Shown one piece after another: positions 19,648 to 28,125 of a DNA stretch of 64,000 bases. The stretch comes from Steroidobacteraceae bacterium. GTDB taxonomy: Bacteria; Pseudomonadota; Gammaproteobacteria; Steroidobacterales; Steroidobacteraceae. The notes under the pieces were generated by a model. The model was not told the origin of the DNA and ran no database searches. It saw only the letters and a list, made by a program, of their open reading frames with translations. Every line of letters begins with the position of its first letter. Position 1 is the stretch's first letter. Location: contig DATIYV010000070.1 in NCBI GenBank assembly GCA_035517435.1, positions 12,898 through 76,897 of the forward strand, given 5' to 3'. Position numbers and translations under genes: made by a program.

Positions 19648-20292
19648 TCAGGGCTTGGGCGGGCTCGCTCGCTCAACCAGCGCGGCCATGTCGGAGGCCT
19701 CACGCGAGCCCTCCTCGTGCAGCGCGCGGATGACGCCCGCGCGCTCACCCGGCGTGCGGTTCTGGCTCACCTTCCATTTGCCGATGAGCGAGGTGAGGGC
19801 GATTTCCACGCCCACGATGCGCCCGAGTTGTGCATTGAGGAAATCTGCGGGCGCCTCGCCCGGCTGCCAGGGGTTGGAGCGGCCGTGCTCCTGGGCGGCG
19901 GTAAGCCGCTCGACATGCGCGCGCAGCTTCACCGGATCCTCCACCAGCTTAAGCGGTCCGCGTGCATGCACCACCGCATAGTTCCACGTCGGTACCACCA
20001 TGCCGGACCCGGCACGCGTCGGGTAGGAGGAGGGGCTGATGTAGGTGTGGGGACCGCTGAAGATCGCCAGCGCCTCAACCTCGGGTTGATAGCTCTTCCA
20101 CACGGGATTCGCGCGCGACACATGGCCCCGCAGAACGCCCAGGCCTGCGCCCTGGGCCTCGAACTCGAGCGGAATGTGATTGGCCTCGAGGCCCTGCGCG
20201 CTCATCACGACGAGCGTTGCGAAGGGATGCGCACGCATCAGCGCGTGCAGCACCTCGGGCCGATTTTCTGCAAACAACGCCGGGACGTACAT
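19648..20292 (-). CDS. FMN-binding negative transcriptional regulator, PaiB family
   Basis: MYVPALFAENRPEVLHALMRAHPFATLV... matches the PaiB family. The ATG overlaps the stop of the upstream gene (TGATG). The longer ORF to 20790 is an artefactual extension. Confidence 0.8.
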   Translation of the reverse strand: MYVPALFAENRPEVLHALMRAHPFATLVVMSAQGLEANHIPLEFEAQGAGLGVLRGHVSRANPVWKSYQPEVEALAIFSGPHTYISPSSYPTRAGSGMVVPTWNYAVVHARGPLKLVEDPVKLRAHVERLTAAQEHGRSNPWQPGEAPADFLNAQLGRIVGVEIALTSLIGKWKVSQNRTPGERAGVIRALHEEGSREASDMAALVERASPPKP

Positions 20293-20858
20293 CAGTACAC
20301 GAACGGCAGCAGCCGCCAGGTTCGAGCGATGTAGGCGTCGTAGCGCTCGCCGAAGGCGCCGCGCAGCGTGCGCTCCTCGACGCTGATGCGTTTCGTCATG
20401 CCGATCACCCAGCCGGCCATCAGCACCAGGCCCGAGAGGTAGTTGCTGAATCCGATCGCAAGTCCGACGAAGGACATGAATGAGCCGCTGTACGAGGGAT
20501 GGCGCAGATAGCGATACGGCCCGCGGTCGATGAGATGATGATCGGCCTGCACGGCGACATCCACCGTGAAGAAGCGGCCGAGATAGATGATGGCCCACCA
20601 GCGCAGCGCGAGCCCGCCCCAGAACAGCGCGAGGGCGAGCCATTTCAGCTCGCGCGGCAGATGAAAGCGCGTCGCGGGCACTTTGAAGGCAATGAAGTAC
20701 GCAAGGCCCAGCATGAGCATGATCGCCCACCACAGCACGGCGAGCGAGCCATCGTCCGAGCGGCGCGCGCCGGCGCCCGAGCGCTTCCACAGCGTGAGCG
20801 CCATCTCGGAGATGCCCAGGAACAGGCCGAGTTGAGCAAACAGGGGCATCGAGGCCAT
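20292..20858 (-). CDS. Isoprenylcysteine carboxyl methyltransferase (ICMT)-family membrane methyltransferase
   Basis: Multi-TM protein with LIDRGPYRYLRHPSYSG and a RTLRGAFGERYDAY tail. Internal ATG 20858 of ORF 20292-21044. Confidence 0.75.
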   Translation of the reverse strand: MASMPLFAQLGLFLGISEMALTLWKRSGAGARRSDDGSLAVLWWAIMLMLGLAYFIAFKVPATRFHLPRELKWLALALFWGGLALRWWAIIYLGRFFTVDVAVQADHHLIDRGPYRYLRHPSYSGSFMSFVGLAIGFSNYLSGLVLMAGWVIGMTKRISVEERTLRGAFGERYDAYIARTWRLLPFVY

Positions 20859-20899
20859 GGCGTGCGGCGCCCTTCGAGGCGGTGGCGACGCCGCAGAGA

Positions 20900-22633
20900 T
20901 TACGCGAAAACGCGGCTGGCGGGCGAGGCCTGCACGCTCTCGAGCAGCGCGCGCAGTGAGTGCGGAGCGGAGAAGTGAAAGCCCTGACCGTAGGTCACGC
21001 CGAGCTCGGCGAGGCGCGAGGCGATATCGCGGTTGGTGATGCACTCGGCGACGGTCTCGAGCCCGAGCTGTCCGGCCACATCGAGCACCGTGCGGATCAT
21101 GGCTTCGGCCTTGTGATCCTCGAGCACTTCGCGCACGAAGCCGCCGTCGATCTTGATCGTGCGTACCGCGAGCGCCTGCAGATAGGCGAGCGAGGAGAAG
21201 CCGGTGCCGAAGTCATCGAGCGCGAACGAGCAGCCGAGGGCGCTCAAGCGCGCGATGAATCGCTGCGCGGCGGGCAGATTCTCGATCGCGGCGCTCTCGG
21301 TGATCTCAAATCCCACGAGCTCACCGGGCAAGCCTGACGCTTTGATCAGCGCGCAGGTCTGATCGGCGAAGTCGGCCTGGCTCACCGAGGGGCCGGAAAC
21401 GTTGATCCAGAACCTGGTCCCGAGCGCATCGAGCTGGCCGGCAAGCGGCGCCAGGTCGTGACAGACGCGCTCGATGACGCGCTTGTCGAGCTGGGGCAGC
21501 AGCTGATAGCGGCGCGCCGCCGACAGGAAGCGCCGCGGCTCGAGCATGGCGCCCGTGCTGTCGCACAGACGCACGAGCACCTCATACTGCGTCGGGCGCT
21601 GCGGTTGCGACGGTGCGAGCGGTACGATCGGCTGGGTGAGAAGCTCGATGCGGCCCTGCTCGAGTGAGCTCACCACTTCGCGGAAAATCTGCAGATCCTC
21701 GCGCCGGCGCACGAGGCTCAGGTCATCGACCGTGAACAGCTCGATGCGACGGCGGCCGCGATCCTTTGCCGCACGGCAGGCGGTCTCGGCATTGGTGAGC
21801 GCGGTCTCGAAGCGCGCGGACTCCTCGAGCATCGCCACGCCGAAACTCGCCGACAGGCGAAAGCCCTTGCACACCTCAGGCAGATCGAGCTCGCCGAGCG
21901 AGGTGCGCACGGCATCGGCCCAGGCTCGTGCCTGGCCCAGCGTCGGGCAGTCCAGCACCGCGACGAAGCGATCGCCGGCGACGCGCGCGATGAGTCCGCC
22001 GTTACCGAGGCTGCCTTCGGGCCACAGATCGGCCACGCGCTGCAGGATCTCGTCGCCGGTGTGAAAGCCGAACAGGTCGTTGATCACGTGCATCTGGTCG
22101 ATGTCGATATAGACCACGCCCCAGACGGAGCCGCCGCTCGCGCGGTAGCTCGCGACGTGATCCTCGAGTGCGGTGAGTGTCGGTAAGCCGGTCGCCGCAT
22201 CCACCCGCGCGACGCGCAGGTGCTGCTCATCCTGATGCGTGAGCTCGCGCAACAGCACCGCGAGCACCGGAGCCAGATGGCGCGACAGGGTATCGGCGGT
22301 ATCCGGCTCGCTCGAGCCGGAAGGGCGCTCGACGGTCACGGCGAGCACGCCCAAGGGCGCATCGCGCTCGGCGCGGATCGGGAAGGCGTAGAACACCTGC
22401 CGGTCGCGGGTCAGGTTGGCGGGGGCGATCGGGGCAGGCCCGCCGCGTGCGGCGAGCACATCGCTCGCCATCGCCTGCAGCTCCGGCAGCGCCGGACCGC
22501 CGTTCGCCCACAGCGTGCGGCCGTCGCGGCGATAGATCGCCACCGCGCCGGCACCAGGCACCATGGACTCGATGATCTTGCCGAACGCGGACAGATTCTG
22601 CATGCCAGCCGGATTCTGTCCGAGCCCGGCCAT
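20900..22633 (-). CDS. GGDEF-EAL protein with N-terminal GAF-like region; degenerate GGDEF (AGDRF), apparently intact EAL (EVL) domain
   Basis: The GGDEF site reads RVAGDRFVAVL. EAL-domain motifs present: YEVLVRL, WINVS, EITES, LDDFGTGFSSL, KIDGGF, GQGFHF. Confidence 0.85.
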   Translation of the reverse strand: MAGLGQNPAGMQNLSAFGKIIESMVPGAGAVAIYRRDGRTLWANGGPALPELQAMASDVLAARGGPAPIAPANLTRDRQVFYAFPIRAERDAPLGVLAVTVERPSGSSEPDTADTLSRHLAPVLAVLLRELTHQDEQHLRVARVDAATGLPTLTALEDHVASYRASGGSVWGVVYIDIDQMHVINDLFGFHTGDEILQRVADLWPEGSLGNGGLIARVAGDRFVAVLDCPTLGQARAWADAVRTSLGELDLPEVCKGFRLSASFGVAMLEESARFETALTNAETACRAAKDRGRRRIELFTVDDLSLVRRREDLQIFREVVSSLEQGRIELLTQPIVPLAPSQPQRPTQYEVLVRLCDSTGAMLEPRRFLSAARRYQLLPQLDKRVIERVCHDLAPLAGQLDALGTRFWINVSGPSVSQADFADQTCALIKASGLPGELVGFEITESAAIENLPAAQRFIARLSALGCSFALDDFGTGFSSLAYLQALAVRTIKIDGGFVREVLEDHKAEAMIRTVLDVAGQLGLETVAECITNRDIASRLAELGVTYGQGFHFSAPHSLRALLESVQASPASRVFA

Positions 22634-22929
22634 TGCAGAGTGACCCAGCTCTCAATTCCGACGCGACGGCCTCAAGTTTGTGGGCGAAGTGCCGACTGCG
22701 CGGAACTTCGCGCGCCGCAGCCGGCGGAACATAGCGCTCACGGGCCGCGGTACGAGACCAAATTCACACACGCGGTGCCGACCCAAATTTGAATCTAATC
22801 GGCAGATCGGCCGGGAACTTGAGGCTGACAGCGGGGGAATGCGCAGTTGGTCACACCGAGTGCGACATAGCGCAGGCAGATTGTCCGTCAGTTGTCTTGG
22901 TCTTTACCCTTTAACTGCCAGGAGTTTCC

Positions 22930-23433
22930 ATGCGTAAGATTCTTATGTCCTTCGCCGCAGCGGCCATCGTCGCCGCTTCCAGCGGTGCTCAGGCCGTCAC
23001 GATCACGACCACCTTCCAGGTGACCGCGACGGTGCTGAAGACCTGCTCGGTGAGCGCCGCGGCGCTGGCCTTCGGTAACTACACCCCGGGCGCCGGCCAG
23101 GTCACCGGCTCCACGAACGTCAACGTCAAGTGCACCAAGAACACCGCCTTCACGGTGGCGCTCGATAAGGGCACGACGGCCGGCGGCACGATTCCGCAGC
23201 GTCTGATGGCGAATGGCGCCAACACGCTCGAGTACAACCTGTTCACCACCAGTGGCGGCGCGACGATCTTCGGCGACGGCACCGGCGGCTCGCAGACTGT
23301 GCCCGGCACCGGCGCGGGTGTCGCGACGGCGGTGGCGGTGCCGGTATTCGGCACGCTGCCCGACAGTGCGAACAACCAGAACGCAGTCCCCGGTGCTTAC
23401 GCCGACACCATCACGGTGAGCGTGAACTACTGA
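22930..23433 (+). CDS. Spore-coat-U (SCPU) domain pilin, Csu-type major subunit candidate
   Basis: Signal peptide, then TFQVTATVLKTCSV...NVKCTK...LEYNLFT...YADTITVSVNY, the SCPU/CsuA-B pattern with 2 Cys. GGAG lies upstream of the ATG. Confidence 0.85.
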   Translation: MRKILMSFAAAAIVAASSGAQAVTITTTFQVTATVLKTCSVSAAALAFGNYTPGAGQVTGSTNVNVKCTKNTAFTVALDKGTTAGGTIPQRLMANGANTLEYNLFTTSGGATIFGDGTGGSQTVPGTGAGVATAVAVPVFGTLPDSANNQNAVPGAYADTITVSVNY

Positions 23434-23440
23434 GGATCCG

Positions 23441-24157
23441 ATGGCACGCGGTTGGATACTGGCAGTTCTGCTTGCGGCGGCCCACTCGGCCGCCGCAGGC
23501 AGTTTCAGCGTGGCTCCGATTCGCGTGGAGATGACTCCCGGCCATCAGCGCGGCGTCTTCACGCTGCACAATGATGCGGCGATCCCGGTCACGGTGCAGG
23601 TGAGCACGGCGGCATGGACGCAGCAGGGTGGCGATGATCACTACGCGCCGACGCATGAGCTGATCGCGACACCGCCAGTGTTCGTGGTCGCGCCCGACTC
23701 CAACCAGATCGTGCGAGTGGCGCTGCAGCGCGAGCCCGACGCCAAGCGCGAGCTCGCCTACCGGGTGTTCTTCCAGGAAGTGCCGCAGACGGTCGAGAAG
23801 AGCTTCAACGGCCTGCAGGTCGCGCTGCGGGTCGGCGTGCCGGTCTTCGTCGCTCCGAGCGCGGCCAGTGCCACGGCCGCACTCAGCTGGCAGATTCATC
23901 AGACGGCGCCGACCGAATACAGCATCGATGCCGTGAACAACGGCGGCGCTCATCTGCAGGTCATGGACTTCACGCTCGAGCTCGGCCCGAAGGCCGAAGC
24001 GGTGCATGTGGGCGGCGCTCACTACGTGCTGCCCGGCTGCACCATGAGCTGGAAGCTCACGCTGCCCACCGGTACGGCGCTCGCCGAACCGCTGCGCGTG
24101 CGGGGATTGAGTGATCATGGAGATTTCACCGCTCCGGTCGCGCGCGCGACGTCCTGA
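23441..24157 (+). CDS. Periplasmic pilus chaperone (PapD-like / CsuC-like)
   Basis: Signal peptide followed by FSVAPIRVEM...VFTLHNDAAIPVTVQV and YRVFFQEVP, typical chaperone strands. Confidence 0.8.
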   Translation: MARGWILAVLLAAAHSAAAGSFSVAPIRVEMTPGHQRGVFTLHNDAAIPVTVQVSTAAWTQQGGDDHYAPTHELIATPPVFVVAPDSNQIVRVALQREPDAKRELAYRVFFQEVPQTVEKSFNGLQVALRVGVPVFVAPSAASATAALSWQIHQTAPTEYSIDAVNNGGAHLQVMDFTLELGPKAEAVHVGGAHYVLPGCTMSWKLTLPTGTALAEPLRVRGLSDHGDFTAPVARATS

Positions 24158-24177
24158 CCCACTGTCGGTTTCGCCCG

Positions 24178-26568
24178 ATGAACACGACATCAGGAGATAC
24201 CGGCGGAGTGGGCGCACGGACATACCATATTGCGATCACGACCTGGGCGGCGATGGCGCTCGCGGCCTTGCTCCTGCTCGCGGCCTTGCTCCTGCCCGTT
24301 TCGTCTTTGGCGCAAGCCCCGCTCAAAGAAGCGGTGCTCGACGTCTCGATCAATACCGAGGCGAGCGGGGAGTCGCTGGTCGTGCTGCGCGATACGGCCA
24401 ACGGCCTGTGGATCAGCGCTGGCGATTTCACGCGGCTGCACCTGAAGGCTCCGCAGGGCCAGGCGGTCGAGAGCAACGGCAAAAAGTACTATCCGTTGAA
24501 CGCGCTTGCCGGCGCGAGCGTCGTCATCGACGAGGCGCTGCAGCATGCGACAGTGCAACTGCCGCCGACGGCTTTCGAGCCGACGCTCGTTCACCGCAGC
24601 ATCGATACTCACACCAGGCTCGCGGGCGTCGAGCCCGGTGCGTTCTTCAACTATCAGCTCTCGGGACAGCGCATCGAGGACACCAGCTCCGCCGGGCTGC
24701 TCTCCGAGCTTGGCTTGTTTGGCTCGCCCGGCGTGCTCACCAATTCCATGGTCGGCCGCACGGGCGCCGGTGCCACCGAGGCGGTGCGCCTGGATACGAC
24801 CTTTACGCACGACTTTCCGGATCGGCTGCAGAGCCTGGTCGTGGGCGACACGATCAGCACGCCGGGTGACTGGGGCAATGCCGTGCGCTTCGCGGGACTG
24901 CACTGGGGTCGCAATTTCGGCATCCGACCCGATCTGCTCACGGCACCGATGCTGAGCGTGGGCGGGGAGGCGGTCGTTCCCTCGACCGCTGAAGTGTTCG
25001 TCAATGGCCAGCGTGTCTCCAGCCAGGCCGTGCCGCCGGGCCCCTTCGTCATCGACCAGCTGCCGGCAATCTCGGGCTCGGGCGATGTGCGGCTGGTGGT
25101 GCGCGATGCGGCGGGCAATGTGCAGACGGTGACCCAGCCGTTCTATTCCGGCGCGAGTCTGCTCGCCAAGGGCCTGTCGGAGTACGCGGTCGACGTGGGG
25201 GCCGTGCGGGAGGACTACACGCTGTCGAGCTTTCACTACGGAGAGGCGCTGGCGACCGGCACCTATCGTTACGGACTGACGAACTCGCTCACGCTGGAAG
25301 CGCACGGTGAGGCGCAGATGCACGATGCGCACGCCGTCGGCTTCGATCTCGCCGTCAGCACCGGCTCCTGGGGCATCGCCAGTGTCACCCTCGCGCAAGG
25401 CGGCAATGACGCCGGCTCGGGCGTTCTCACGGGTGTGGGCTTCGAGCATCGCGGGCGCATTTTGAGTTTCGTGCTCAACACGGAATTTGCGAGCGATGGC
25501 TACCGTCAGGTCGGCGACACGGCCTTCTCCAACTCGCCGATCACCCAGCGCTCGCTGGCACAAATCGGGGCGAACCTGGGCCGCGCGGGCTCACTCGCCG
25601 TCGCCTGGGCGAGCCAGCATTTCCAGAGCGAGCCGTCCCAGCAGGTCGTGTCGCTGAGCTACAACGTGCCGATCGCCAACCACGGCTTTTTCGGCATCAC
25701 CGCGAGCCATATCAGCGGGGATCAGCCGAACAATTCGATTTACGCGAACTACACCATCGCGCTTGATTCGCGGCGCAGCTTCTCGACGGATGAGATCTCC
25801 ACCCGCCAGGGCGGCGCCGCCGACGACCGACTGCTGGCCACGGTGACGCAGACGGCGCCGGTGGGACCGGGCAACGGCTGGCGCCTGAGCGCCGCCACCT
25901 CCGGTGACTACGATGCCAGCTGGGAGCATCGCAACGAGGCGCTCGATCTGCAGGTCGAGGCGGCCCGCAATCTCGGCATCGCCGGTGAGCGCGCCTTCCT
26001 CACCGGGGCGCTGACCTGGCTCGATCACGACGTGAGCGCGGCGCGCTCGGTGACCCAGAGTTTTGCCGTGGTCGATGTGGGTGGGATTCCCAACGTGCCG
26101 GTGTACATCGACAATCAGCTCATGGCACGCACGGATGAGAATGGCCGCGCGGTCCTGCACGATCTGCGCGCCTATGAGGTAAATCGCATCAGCGTCGACC
26201 CGGATGACCTGCCGCTCGATACGCGCCTGACCGATGATCGCATCAGTGTGCGGCCGCCTTACCGCAGCGGTGTCGTCGCGCGCATCCCGGTGACCAAGGT
26301 GCGTGCCGGGACCTTCCGCCTGGTGCTGCCGGATGGCAAGCCGGTCCCGGCCGGCGCGCTGGTCGACTTCAACGGCGGTCACTTCAACGTGGTGCTCGAT
26401 GGCCTGACTTACGTTGACACCCTGGATCACGGCACCCAGGGAGTCGCGCATTGGGATGGCATGCGCTGCCGCTTCCGGGTCGCACCTCCGCCGCCGGGAG
26501 ATCCGTTGCCCGACATGGGCACGGTGGGCTGCACGCCGGACGGCAGCGATGACGCAGGGAGTCATTGA
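24178..26568 (+). CDS. Outer-membrane fimbrial usher (CsuD-like)
   Basis: 796 aa, beta-rich, with usher-like segments (VFVNGQRVSSQAVPPGPFVIDQLP, VPVYIDNQLMARTDENGRA). An alternative start exists at ATG 24253. Confidence 0.85.
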   Translation: MNTTSGDTGGVGARTYHIAITTWAAMALAALLLLAALLLPVSSLAQAPLKEAVLDVSINTEASGESLVVLRDTANGLWISAGDFTRLHLKAPQGQAVESNGKKYYPLNALAGASVVIDEALQHATVQLPPTAFEPTLVHRSIDTHTRLAGVEPGAFFNYQLSGQRIEDTSSAGLLSELGLFGSPGVLTNSMVGRTGAGATEAVRLDTTFTHDFPDRLQSLVVGDTISTPGDWGNAVRFAGLHWGRNFGIRPDLLTAPMLSVGGEAVVPSTAEVFVNGQRVSSQAVPPGPFVIDQLPAISGSGDVRLVVRDAAGNVQTVTQPFYSGASLLAKGLSEYAVDVGAVREDYTLSSFHYGEALATGTYRYGLTNSLTLEAHGEAQMHDAHAVGFDLAVSTGSWGIASVTLAQGGNDAGSGVLTGVGFEHRGRILSFVLNTEFASDGYRQVGDTAFSNSPITQRSLAQIGANLGRAGSLAVAWASQHFQSEPSQQVVSLSYNVPIANHGFFGITASHISGDQPNNSIYANYTIALDSRRSFSTDEISTRQGGAADDRLLATVTQTAPVGPGNGWRLSAATSGDYDASWEHRNEALDLQVEAARNLGIAGERAFLTGALTWLDHDVSAARSVTQSFAVVDVGGIPNVPVYIDNQLMARTDENGRAVLHDLRAYEVNRISVDPDDLPLDTRLTDDRISVRPPYRSGVVARIPVTKVRAGTFRLVLPDGKPVPAGALVDFNGGHFNVVLDGLTYVDTLDHGTQGVAHWDGMRCRFRVAPPPPGDPLPDMGTVGCTPDGSDDAGSH
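24259..24294 (+). repeat. Perfect 18-bp tandem duplication (x2) inside the usher signal peptide
   Basis: CTCGCGGCCTTGCTCCTG occurs twice back to back. It is in frame and encodes LAALLL-LAALLL. Confidence 0.9.
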
Positions 26569-27072
26569 GTGCGCGGCGCTGGCACTTCGCTCAAAGCCGC
26601 CTCGCGCTGGGCGCTCTGCCTCGCCGTGTGGCTTGCGAATCCGGTGGTTTACGCCGCCGTGACCTGCACGGTGAGTGCCACCGGGCCTGCGTTCGGCAAC
26701 TACAATCCGCTGAACGCCGCACCGACACTGTCCAACGGCTCGATCACCGCCAGCTGCACGCTCACTGGCAATGTGAATACCACGGTGAATCTGGTCTCGA
26801 GCTACAGCAAAGGATCGAGCCCGACTTACACGCCGCGCACGATGACCTCGGGCGCGAACCGCCTCAACTACAATCTCTACTACGACGCGGCATTGACCCA
26901 GATTCGCGGTGACGGCACTGGCGGTACGCAAACCGGCGGTGCGACCTTCGCTCTGACCACGGGCAATCGCACGCAATCGACGACGAGCACGATTTACGGG
27001 CAACTGTTCGCGCTGCAGGATGTGGCGGCAGGCGCGTATGCGGACACGATCGTCGTGACCGTGATGTACTGA
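26569..27072 (+). CDS. Second SCPU-domain pilus subunit (minor/tip candidate)
   Basis: The GTG directly follows the usher stop. VTCTVSATGPAFGNYNP...ASCTL...LNYNLYYD...YADTIVVTVMY. Confidence 0.8.
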   Translation: MRGAGTSLKAASRWALCLAVWLANPVVYAAVTCTVSATGPAFGNYNPLNAAPTLSNGSITASCTLTGNVNTTVNLVSSYSKGSSPTYTPRTMTSGANRLNYNLYYDAALTQIRGDGTGGTQTGGATFALTTGNRTQSTTSTIYGQLFALQDVAAGAYADTIVVTVMY

Positions 27073-27077
27073 AGCGC

Positions 27078-27542
27078 TTAGGGCTCCAGGGCCTGCACCG
27101 CCAGGTGCACCGGCCAGGGGTACTCGCCCGGCGCCACGCTCGAGGCGAGATCGAATCGGTAGGTGAGCTCGAGCGGCAGCGTGATGCCGTGCTGGCCATG
27201 CTCGACGATCATGCCGCCCTCATTGCCGAGGAGCACTTCGCCGCCGGCGCTGCGCACTCGCAGTGCCGAGAAAATCATCATCTGCGGCTGCACGAGCAGG
27301 GCATAGCCGTGCGGGGAGTTGTTGGAGACTTCGATGCGCGTCGGTTCCAGCACTTCGATGAAGCCGCGGCGCACCGCATCGGGCGTGATCGTGAGATTGA
27401 CGGGCTCCGAGCGCACGCGCAGCGAAGCATGCGCAAGTACGGTGGCCCCCACCCGGAATTGCGTACGCACTTCGGAGGCACTGCCCGCCGAGACGGCGGT
27501 TGCCAGAATAAGGAATACGCCCAGTCCACGCGGAATGGCCAT
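27078..27542 (-). CDS. Secreted hypothetical protein, remote SCPU-like (no cysteines)
   Basis: Signal peptide and AAGGA SD. N-terminal strand TQFRVGATVL versus TTFQVTATVL of the pilin. C-terminus PGEYPWPVHLAVQAL versus PGAYADTITVSVNY. Confidence 0.6.
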   Translation of the reverse strand: MAIPRGLGVFLILATAVSAGSASEVRTQFRVGATVLAHASLRVRSEPVNLTITPDAVRRGFIEVLEPTRIEVSNNSPHGYALLVQPQMMIFSALRVRSAGGEVLLGNEGGMIVEHGQHGITLPLELTYRFDLASSVAPGEYPWPVHLAVQALEP

Positions 27543-27586
27543 GATCTGTCCTTATCGGTCGATCGCGGCCGGACTTGAGCTTCACC

Positions 27587-27892
27587 CTACCGTCGTCGGG
27601 TCTTCCCCAGAGGACTTTCGACGGCTTCTTCGTTGAGTCGCGTCGTCGTCGACATCGCGACCCGGACTTGTCGGGCGAATTCTTCGGCCACCGCAACCGG
27701 TCCCTTGTGCTCCAGCTCCGCGAGGCTTACGTGCTGGGCATAATCCAGCTGTCCTCCGGAGACGGGCTTCTGCGCTTTCAATTCTAGGCGCGTGCCGTGC
27801 GTGCCGCCATGAAGCTTCACGGCGACGGAATAGCCCTGCTGCGCGGCGACAATGGCCAGCCGCTGGGTAAGGTCATTCAGAAACGTCGTCAC
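27587..27892 (-). CDS. Hypothetical 101-aa protein, upstream of the SCPU-like orphan
   Basis: ORF with coding-like codon bias lying 44 nt upstream of 27078-27542 on the same strand. I recognise no motif and the SD is weak. Confidence 0.35.
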   Translation of the reverse strand: MTTFLNDLTQRLAIVAAQQGYSVAVKLHGGTHGTRLELKAQKPVSGGQLDYAQHVSLAELEHKGPVAVAEEFARQVRVAMSTTTRLNEEAVESPLGKTRRR

Positions 27893-28125
27893 CGGATACT
27901 CACTGCCCGCCAGAACGGCTCTATCTCACGCAAGTGAGCGTGATACTGCAGGTTGAGCGTGTTCGGGGCCAATCGGGTCCGCCGCTTCTTCTTCTAAGGT
28001 GTCGAAGGTATTGACATTCGGCAAAGTCCACGGCACGGTCACTCCGACTGCCTTACAGCATAGCTGGAGGTTGCATGGACAAGCCGGGTGTTAAGCCCAG
28101 CCGACAAAAGCGAGAATAACACTAG

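Noticed and set aside
22634-22929. Invertible (phase-variable) promoter element upstream of the pilin gene.
   Set aside because: There are no flanking inverted repeats and no recombinase gene nearby. Only short direct repeats (ACATAGCGC x2, CCAAATT x2) are present, and these could arise by chance.
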